In this document: in pieces, positions 28,883 through 36,700 of the stretch
Numbering within the stretch: position 1 is the stretch's first letter
How the letters are laid out: every line of letters begins with the position of its first letter
Notes under the pieces: model-generated
Seen by the model: the letters and a program-made list of their open reading frames with translations, nothing else
Database searches by the model: none
Told to the model about the DNA's origin: nothing
DNA from: a virus
Taxonomy: Duplodnaviria; Caudoviricetes
IMG/VR virus record: IMGVR_UViG_3300042516_003674
Span: 1 to 53,101 of that record
DNA: 53,101 nt
Strand: one strand, 5' to 3'
Made by a program: the position numbers and the translations under genes

Positions 28883-30115
28883 ATGACAGTCAACAACAGA
28901 AGATTCTTATCAGGAACACAAACTTTAGGATCATCCGTTACCTTTAATGCACCGGGTATTTGGGTTTCACCGCAGCGTTTGCAAACTGTTGATTTGACGG
29001 GGAGAGGAGGAACAGGTAATCCAGGTAATCCAGGTACTGCAGGGAACGGAGGAACTGGTGGATCGGGTGGTGCTGGTGGTAATCGTGGTAATGGAGGAAC
29101 TGGTGGCGGTGGTGGAACTGCAGGAAATGCTGGAAATACTTCTGGAGGCGGAGGAGGTGGTGGAGGTGGTGGCGGTGGTGCGTCGCCTGTCGCAGGCTTT
29201 CCAGGAGCTACTTTTTGTAATCCTGGAAATGCAGGTGGGCAAGGCGATCTTAATGGAGGAACACCTTCTGGAGCTGGTGGAAATAGAGGAAATCGTTTTT
29301 CTGCAGGAGATGTAGGAAGGGCAGGACGTGCCGGAAATTCTGGAACTGGAGCAACAGCTGGTAATGCAGGAAATCCAGGAAATGCACGCGGATTGGGTGG
29401 TGCAGGAAATCCAGGAAATCCAGGAAATACAGGAAGTCCCGGAAATCCCGGAAATACTGGTGGTGCTTCAAGTGCTTTAGGATTTACTTTTCCGGGAGGT
29501 GCTGGAGGAAACGGCGGGACTGGCAACTCCGGAAATCCGGGAAATGCTGGAAGTCCTGGAAATCCAGGAAATCCAGGTAATGCTGGTAATGCTGGAAATC
29601 CTGGAAATAATGGAACTGGAAATGCCGGAGGAAATAGTGGTGGTGGTGGTGGAGGTGGATCCGCCCCCGGAGCTGCTGGAACTCAGGGAAGTAGAGGAGG
29701 TCAAGGAACTCCAACACCTGCAGGTAATAATGCAAATCCTGGAAACAGAAACGCTACTCTTGGAGGAAGTGGCGCTGGTGGCAATGGTGGCAACTCTGGT
29801 AGTGGAGGAGGTGGAGGTAATGGAGGTGGTAATAATACACAAGGATCTTCTGGTGGTGGCGGCGGAGCTGGAGGAAGAAGTACTGCCGGTAATGCTGGTG
29901 CTGCTGGAAATCCAGGAAATCCAGGTACTGTTGGAAATTTTGGAAATACGGGAGCTTCAGGTAATCCAGGAACTTCAGGAACAGTTAATCCGGGAGGAGC
30001 TGGTAGTGTAGCCACTACCAGTAGTTATCCATCTGTCAGTATCAGTTTGTCAACTTCATATCCAATTACTGTACCGACTGGCGGATTTGTAACAATTTCA
30101 TGGAATACATTCTAA
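28883..30115 (+). CDS. glycine-rich adhesin-like protein with GNP/GNA triplets and poly-Gly runs
   Basis: TFNAPG...VDLTGRGG, (GNP)n, GGGGGGG, SSALGFTFPGG, C-terminal YPITVPTGGFVTISW. Confidence 0.7.
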   Translation: MTVNNRRFLSGTQTLGSSVTFNAPGIWVSPQRLQTVDLTGRGGTGNPGNPGTAGNGGTGGSGGAGGNRGNGGTGGGGGTAGNAGNTSGGGGGGGGGGGGASPVAGFPGATFCNPGNAGGQGDLNGGTPSGAGGNRGNRFSAGDVGRAGRAGNSGTGATAGNAGNPGNARGLGGAGNPGNPGNTGSPGNPGNTGGASSALGFTFPGGAGGNGGTGNSGNPGNAGSPGNPGNPGNAGNAGNPGNNGTGNAGGNSGGGGGGGSAPGAAGTQGSRGGQGTPTPAGNNANPGNRNATLGGSGAGGNGGNSGSGGGGGNGGGNNTQGSSGGGGGAGGRSTAGNAGAAGNPGNPGTVGNFGNTGASGNPGTSGTVNPGGAGSVATTSSYPSVSISLSTSYPITVPTGGFVTISWNTF

Positions 30116-30466
30116 ATGGATCTAAATATTGCTTTTTTAGACAAAAATAATTTTGTAATAAATTGTCAAAATATTTCGGAAGAATATTTTAATATGGAAT
30201 ATTTTGAAAATAGTGAAGAGTACAAAAAACCAGATTGTATTATACAATATGATTCTCCCGATACAATATGTAAAAATACGGCTGCAATTGGGTACATATT
30301 AGATGAAATTTTATGCGCATTTATTCCTCCTTGCCCAGATCCAACGTATCAATTAGACCAAAAAACTTTTGAATGGAAACCAAATCCAAATATTCCATAT
30401 GATTTACACAATGATGGAAAATTATGTATGTACAATCCAGATACAAATGATTGGACACCAATATAA
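30116..30466 (+). CDS. putative tail fibre assembly protein
   Basis: AFLDKNNFVIN...AAIGY...AFIPPCP...EWKP pattern, commonly found after Gly-rich fibre genes. Confidence 0.5.
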   Translation: MDLNIAFLDKNNFVINCQNISEEYFNMEYFENSEEYKKPDCIIQYDSPDTICKNTAAIGYILDEILCAFIPPCPDPTYQLDQKTFEWKPNPNIPYDLHNDGKLCMYNPDTNDWTPI

Positions 30467-30529
30467 GTTTTAATTAAAACAACACAACTATATAATAACA
30501 ACGTTTACATTTATTTTTTTGAATGTATT

Positions 30530-30949
30530 ATGGCACAAAAGAAAATATCTCAAATTAAAAAAGAAATTGATAAAATAAATGAAGAAAATGAGCTGGCTAG
30601 TCTTAGACAGACACAGACTAGAGCAAGATCATTTACTATAGGTAGTTCTACTGGAGGTGTTATTGAAATAGCTATGCGTGGTGATCATTCAAATCTTTGG
30701 TACGCAGCTAATCCTGTAGAAGTAGTTGAGTTTATTTATCAATTTGCAGCATCTGCTGGTATAGAAGTCGCTATTAGACCTAGAAATGACTTTGCATCTT
30801 GGAGAGGTTGGGATTCTCCTGTGCCCGGAGAAACTCATTGGCTAGGAACAGCTCCTTGGCAATTATCTGATGAGCAAAAACAAAAAATATTTGTCGCAAA
30901 AGAAAACGACATTAAAGTATTAGAAAGTGGAGAAGAAAATGTTGAATGA
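30530..30949 (+). CDS. hypothetical protein
   Basis: 139-aa ORF co-oriented with the cluster. Confidence 0.6.
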   Translation: MAQKKISQIKKEIDKINEENELASLRQTQTRARSFTIGSSTGGVIEIAMRGDHSNLWYAANPVEVVEFIYQFAASAGIEVAIRPRNDFASWRGWDSPVPGETHWLGTAPWQLSDEQKQKIFVAKENDIKVLESGEENVE

Positions 30950-31475
30950 TCATTATATCTTAGTAGATAAAAAAGAAAATAAAATAATAGGTAGAATTGA
31001 AAAACGTCCAGAAAATTGGCAAAATATTATGGGACTTTCAAATTATTCAGATGAAGAAATTTATGATTTGAAATGGGCAGGACATGAAAATATTGGATTC
31101 ATTAAGTTTACACCTATAAATTTAATTAATTATGATTGCCCATCTGATACTTTTATGTTAAATCAAACTAAATCGAAAGAAATAGTTTCGGAAAAATTAA
31201 AAGAACTTAAATATAAATCAATTAATTATAAAAATTCAACCATAAAGTCTGATAAAGATTCTTTTAATACTTTATTTTCAATTAAAGATAAAGAATATGT
31301 AAGTTATAAATGTGAAAATGGGCACTTCAAATTTACATCTACCGAATTAAATGAAATATTCGATATAATGAGCTCTCAGATACAAAAATATTTTGATTAT
31401 GAAATGGAAATACATAATAGTATAAATGAATGTACTTCATTATTAGAAATATCTAAATTAGATTATGCCATATGA
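30939..31475 (+). CDS. hypothetical protein, possible fibre assembly chaperone (DUF4376-like C-terminus)
   Basis: PENWQNIMGL...LKWAG; C-terminal helical QKYFDYEMEIHNSINECTSLLEI; start moved to ATG 30939. Confidence 0.45.
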   Translation: MLNDHYILVDKKENKIIGRIEKRPENWQNIMGLSNYSDEEIYDLKWAGHENIGFIKFTPINLINYDCPSDTFMLNQTKSKEIVSEKLKELKYKSINYKNSTIKSDKDSFNTLFSIKDKEYVSYKCENGHFKFTSTELNEIFDIMSSQIQKYFDYEMEIHNSINECTSLLEISKLDYAI

Positions 31476-32124
31476 TTATCTACGATCACAAAATAATTTT
31501 TGTGATCTTTTCGACAAAGATCCTGTAAAAAATTCACATTCGGATTATTGGTATTTAAATTCTCATAGATATGAAGATTATACTTGGAATACTGAGGTCT
31601 TTTCCTGTGATGAAATAAAAAGAATTAAAGTTTTAGGACAAAGATTAAGACCAAAAAGAGCCATTACTGGTGGAGATCAAAATAATTTATTAGATCATCG
31701 TAGATCTTTTGTTTCTTGGATTCCATCCAACAATGAAACTTTTTGGATTTATAGAAAATTAACTGACTTAATCAAACAAAATAATGAAGAATTTTTTAAG
31801 TTTGATTTGGACAAAATTGAAAGACTGCAATTCACATATTATGACTCTGCTGAACAAGGTTGTTATAAAACCCACAAAGACCCATTAATTTGGGATACTC
31901 CACACAATAGAAAATTAAGTTTGGTTTTACAACTTTCAGATCCAGATGAATATGAAGGTGGACAATTATTAATATATCAGAATTCAAAAGAACCGATATT
32001 AATACCTAGGCAAAAAGGTATGATCGTAATGTTTCCTTCATATACTTTACATGAAGTAACTCCAGTAACTAAAGGGGAAAGATATTCTTTAGTTGCTTGG
32101 GTTCATGGTCCACCATTCAGATGA
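31465..32124 (+). CDS. 2OG-Fe(II) oxygenase (PKHD/P4H-like)
   Basis: YKTHKD, RKLSLVLQLSDPDEYEGGQL, FPSYTLHEVTPVTKGERYSLVAW. Confidence 0.92.
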   Translation: MPYDYLRSQNNFCDLFDKDPVKNSHSDYWYLNSHRYEDYTWNTEVFSCDEIKRIKVLGQRLRPKRAITGGDQNNLLDHRRSFVSWIPSNNETFWIYRKLTDLIKQNNEEFFKFDLDKIERLQFTYYDSAEQGCYKTHKDPLIWDTPHNRKLSLVLQLSDPDEYEGGQLLIYQNSKEPILIPRQKGMIVMFPSYTLHEVTPVTKGERYSLVAWVHGPPFR

Positions 32125-32131
32125 AATTATT

Positions 32132-32710
32132 ATGAATTTTAATAAAGATGGATATTATGTGATCAGAAATTTTTTGGAAGATAATTTTGTAAATTTTATA
32201 CAATCTTATTTTTTTACAAGAATTAATGCTGGTCAAGCTACATTAGGAGACGATCAAGCTCCAAATTGTTTTTACTTTTATAGTGACCCGTTGATAGAAA
32301 CTATTTTAGGATCTTCTGTTGAGTCATTGGGTAAGATTATTGGTAAAAATATTTTACCGACATATAGTTATACTAGACTCTATGGTGAGGGGGATGAATT
32401 ATTGATTCACAGAGATAGAGCTTCTTGTGAAATTTCTGCCACTATATCTCTTGGTTTACCAGAAAATGAAAAAATTAATTCAATTTATTTTAGTAAAAAT
32501 GAAGATAAAAGTGATTTTATTGAGATATCTTTAAATCCCGGAGATCTTTGTATCTATCGGGGGTGTGATTTATACCATTGGAGAGAACCATTTACTCAAA
32601 AATGGTATTTACAGGCATTTTTACATTATGTGGATGCTGATGGACCTTACAAAAATTTAATTTATGATGGAAGGGCAGCACTGGGGATTTCGGGAAGACC
32701 TACCCCTTGA
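32132..32710 (+). CDS. 2OG-Fe(II) oxygenase
   Basis: PTYSYTRLY, HRDRASCEISATI, GDLCIYRGCDLYHWR, QAFLHYV; start at ATG 32132. Confidence 0.85.
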   Translation: MNFNKDGYYVIRNFLEDNFVNFIQSYFFTRINAGQATLGDDQAPNCFYFYSDPLIETILGSSVESLGKIIGKNILPTYSYTRLYGEGDELLIHRDRASCEISATISLGLPENEKINSIYFSKNEDKSDFIEISLNPGDLCIYRGCDLYHWREPFTQKWYLQAFLHYVDADGPYKNLIYDGRAALGISGRPTP

Positions 32711-32735
32711 CATCCCACCCAAGACCCCCTATAAT
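32707..32735 (+). promoter_or_regulatory. sigma70-type promoter
   Basis: TTGACA-17 nt-TATAAT, perfect consensus. Confidence 0.9.
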
Positions 32736-32761
32736 ATGGGGGTAATCAAGAAAACCACCGA

Positions 32762-32971
32762 ATGAGCATCGCACAAGAATGTGTAGAAGGCATCGTAATT
32801 GACCTTTGTACTCGCACTTTCCTTCTTTTGAGTGATCAAGGTAGTGAGCGTTTAGTAGAGTGTGATACGGTTGAAGAATTTATGAACGTGCTGGAAGTTG
32901 TAACCAGCAATCTTAATCCAGATCAAATCGAATATGCAGATCTTGCAATCTATGGAAACACTAACGATTGA
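32762..32971 (+). CDS. small acidic hypothetical protein
   Basis: 69-aa ORF directly downstream of a consensus promoter. Confidence 0.7.
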   Translation: MSIAQECVEGIVIDLCTRTFLLLSDQGSERLVECDTVEEFMNVLEVVTSNLNPDQIEYADLAIYGNTND

Positions 32972-33134
32972 ACAATTACAGGAAAACTTTGAGGAATATC
33001 TTGATAAGGTTGAGGCAGGTCAGTCTTTTCTTATCAAGAGTGAATATGGTAACGCCATTCTAATTCCTTATGAAGAATACAAAGAAGTTGACGACCTGAT
33101 ACGAATACACACGGATCACGAAGAAGGTTGTTGA
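32952..33134 (+). CDS. Phd/YefM-like antitoxin-fold protein
   Basis: METLTIEQLQENFEEYLDKVEAGQSFLIKSEYGNAILIPYEEY matches the Phd N-terminal pattern. Confidence 0.65.
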   Translation: METLTIEQLQENFEEYLDKVEAGQSFLIKSEYGNAILIPYEEYKEVDDLIRIHTDHEEGC

Positions 33135-33159
33135 CAAAGCGTTCCAGATCCGCTATAAT
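33131..33159 (+). promoter_or_regulatory. sigma70-type promoter for the tRNA pair
   Basis: TTGACA-17 nt-TATAAT. Confidence 0.9.
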
Positions 33160-33174
33160 TGATCTGGGTTTTAC

Positions 33175-33262
33175 GCCAGTCAGAACAGGTGTTCAGAGTC
33201 GCCTTATAAGCGATTTGCCCCAGATTAGGGCCTTTGGGAGGGTTCGATACCCTCGGCTGGTA
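33175..33262 (+). tRNA. non-canonical tRNA, anticodon UAU (nominally Ile, reads AUA), long variable arm
   Basis: Acceptor GCCAGTC/GGCTGGT+A; anticodon arm GTCGC-CTTATAA-GCGAT; T arm GAGGG-TTCGATA-CCCTC; mini D arm GAAC-AGGT-GTTC. Confidence 0.75.
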
Positions 33263-33320
33263 TAACTCTAACTACATTAGAGTATAAACAAAAATGTAGA
33301 GTGACCTAATTTCTATTAAC

Positions 33321-33393
33321 GCTCCTTTAGCAATCTGGTGAATGCAGCGAACTCATAATTCGCCTGAGGCGTGTTCGATCCACGCAAGGAGCA
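33321..33393 (+). tRNA. tRNA with CAU anticodon (probably Ile2/lysidine, otherwise elongator Met)
   Basis: Acceptor GCTCCTT/AAGGAGC+A; GCGAA-CTCATAA-TTCGC; GCGTG-TTCGATC-CACGC; no encoded CCA. Confidence 0.9.
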
Positions 33394-33425
33394 TAAAATA
33401 AATATAAAGATATAAGGAATTTCTT

Positions 33426-33731
33426 ATGTCTTACAGAATCACTAATTCATATTGCTGGTATAATAATGGCAGTATGATAGTGAAAATGTATTTCATAAAT
33501 GAAGTTCCATTCACTTTTGATGAATTACCTGATGGTCATTTGTATGATCTAGATTTGTGTAGATTAGCAGATCAGTCACGTACTTTTGAACCAGAAGACT
33601 TATATAGAAGTTCTTTTTATCTGATTGATGAAGAAGTTCATCCATGTTTATTTCCTATTGAATTAGAAAATCCAGAAGATATGCCAGATGAAATTGAATA
33701 TCAATATGATGAAGAGGACTTAGAGAACTAA
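33426..33731 (+). CDS. acidic hypothetical protein
   Basis: 101-aa ORF; ATAAATA late promoter at 33398-33404. Confidence 0.7.
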   Translation: MSYRITNSYCWYNNGSMIVKMYFINEVPFTFDELPDGHLYDLDLCRLADQSRTFEPEDLYRSSFYLIDEEVHPCLFPIELENPEDMPDEIEYQYDEEDLEN

Positions 33732-33766
33732 ATAAAACATAGAAATATTCTAGGTAATATAGTCCG

Positions 33767-36700
33767 ATGCCTCTTAATAAGCTGGAGAATTTTATTAAGA
33801 ATACAGAAGGTCGTATTCTTTATGTCAATCCAAATGACCTTGATGCCACTGATAGTATTGAAAATCAAGGTAACTCATTAACGAAACCATTTAAAACTGT
33901 ACAAAGAGCCCTTATTGAAAGTGCTAGATTTTCATATTTGAGAGGTAACGATAACGATATAACTGAAAAAACCACTATTTTATTATTTCCAGGTGAACAC
34001 GTTATAGACAATCGTCCAGGATATGGAATTAGAGAAGTAAATTCAGCAGCAAGAGCAGTTTCTCCTGCTGGGGTAGAATCTGAGGCAATAGCAGAATTTG
34101 ATTTGAACTTAAATTCAAACTTTGATATTACTCAATCAAATAATGTTTTATATAAGTTTAACAGTATATATGGTGGAGTAGTAGTTCCTAGAGGAACTTC
34201 TATTGTAGGTCTAGATTTAAGAAAAACAAAAATAAGACCAAAATACGTTCCAAATCCAACAGATCCTAACGTAAAAAATACTGCTATTTTTAGGATTACA
34301 GGTGCCTGCTATTTTTGGCAACTATCTATTTTTGATGGAAATGAAATAGAAACTGTATATACAGATCCAGTTGATTTCTCCATCAATAACCAGTCAAAAC
34401 CAACATTTTCTCACCACAAGTTAACTTGTTTTGAATACGCTGATGGTGTAAATATTCCTTCACAGTTTGACTACACCGATTTAGATATGTATTATTATAA
34501 GCTTACAAGAGCTTATAATAATGCTTCGGGTAGAAATATTGACCAGAAGTATCCAGATGAACCTGGTGGATTAGCGAAGCAAAGACCAGAATGGGAAATT
34601 GTTGGTGCTTTTGCTACAGACCCTATCAATATTAGTTCTATATTCTCTGGAGATGGAGCAACTCCTGGATCTATCGTAACCGTAACGACGGCAGTTGCTC
34701 ATAACTTAACCGCAGGAACTCCTATTAAAATTCGTGGAGTAAATGTGAATGATTATAATATTTCGACTAAAGTTCAAAATGTATTAAGTGATAATACATT
34801 CACTTATCTTTTACCTTTTGTTAGAGATAATCTTGCAGCAGGATCCGCAGCAGGTTTAAGTGCATCTTCAGCGACTGTAACTATTGAAACTGATACAGTT
34901 TCTGGAGCATCTCCTTACATTTTCAATATTTCATTGAGATCTATATGGGGAATGAATGGAATGCATGCAGATGGATCTATTGCATCTGGATTCCGTTCTA
35001 TGGTTGTTGCCCAATTTACGGGAGTTTCTCTTCAGAAAGATGATAGAGCATTTGTAAAATATAATCCTCAAAGTAGAACTTACGATGGAATTAATATTTC
35101 CAAGGTAACTGGATCTAAACTAGCTTCTGAATCTGCATCAACTAATGTATCAACAGTTTATCACCTTGACTCTGGAGCAATTTATAGAAAAGGATGGCAG
35201 CCAGTACACATTAAAATTAGTAATGATTCATTTATTCAGGTGGTCTCTGTATTTGCTATCGGATTTCATAAACACTTTGAATCAAGATCTGGTGGTGATG
35301 GAAGTATCACCAACTCAAACTCAAACTTTGGACAACATTCATTAGGATGTGACGGATTTAAGAAGGAATCTTTTGATAAGGATGATAAGGCATATATAAC
35401 TTCCATAATTACCCCAAGATCAATTGTAACTGAAGAGAGTGACATTGATTGGATTTCTCTTGATGTTAATAAGACAAAAACAGTAGGTATTTCTAGTCAC
35501 CTATATCTATTTGGATTTGATAAACAGGATGATATTCCTCCAGTTATTACTCAAGGATATCGAATTGGTTCTAGAGTTTTAGATAAACTCTATATTGATG
35601 TGGATATAGATGAAAATACAGTAAATACTTATTCAGCTTCAATTTTGATGGTTGATAGTATCAACTCGAATGTTGCTTTAGGGGTAGATAGTTCTGAAAA
35701 ATCTTACTTAGCTTCTGCACCAAATACACAATCAATTATTAATATTGGTGATAATAATATTCAGAATGGAGAAAAAATAAGAATTATTAGTGAAACTGGA
35801 GATCTTCCAGAAAATATTACAAATAATAGAATTTATTATGCAATTACAAGTAGTGCAAACGCGACTAGATCTGATGGAATTTCGTTGTCATCTCAGCAGA
35901 TCCAAATAGCATCTTCAAAGACAAATGCTGATACTGCAACTCCACAATATCTTAGAATCTATGGTGGAATTCAATTAAAAGTTAAAAGTTTAGTTTCTGA
36001 TAAGAACGCAGGACAAATTGGTTCACCAATTCAATGGGATTCTTCAAACTCAAATTGGTATGTTCACGTAAATACTAGTAATGAAATTTTTAATGCGCTG
36101 AACACTTTAAGTTCAGAAATTTTAACTGAAAGAACTGATGTATCTTATCTCAAGCGTTATGAAGATAATCGCAGTTTAGATGAAAAAATTTATAAAGTTC
36201 GTGTAGTCATTCCTAAAGAACTTGAAAATGCAAGAGATCCTAGTGATGGATTTATTATTCAAGAATCTAGTACAACAGGAGCTAGAAATAATTCAGACTT
36301 TAGTCTTACTTCAATTACTAATTCAGACTACCTTTATAATAGAAATTCTAGATTTATTAGTAAGTGTTCCTATGATAGTATATCTAAAATAATCACAGTT
36401 ATTACCGATCTTCCGCACAATCTGAGAGTTGGAAATCAAGTTGTTATTAAAAATGTAACTAGTTCAACTAATACTGGTGCAGTTTTAAATCGTGGATATA
36501 ATGGTGTTTTTGTAGTTGATTCTGTCATTGACGATAAGACATTCACATATTCATCTACGGATATTTTCGAAATTGTTCATTCTCCAGGAACTTTCCAAAA
36601 TAATACAAACATTAGAAATATTTCTTTACCAAGATTTGAGAGAAATGATGTTAAGGGTAATTTTATTATATACAGAAAGGAAGTTATAAATCAATACATT

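Noticed and set aside
28831-30015. Pro-rich antisense ORFs
   Set aside because: Reverse complement of the GGN codons of the Gly-rich gene
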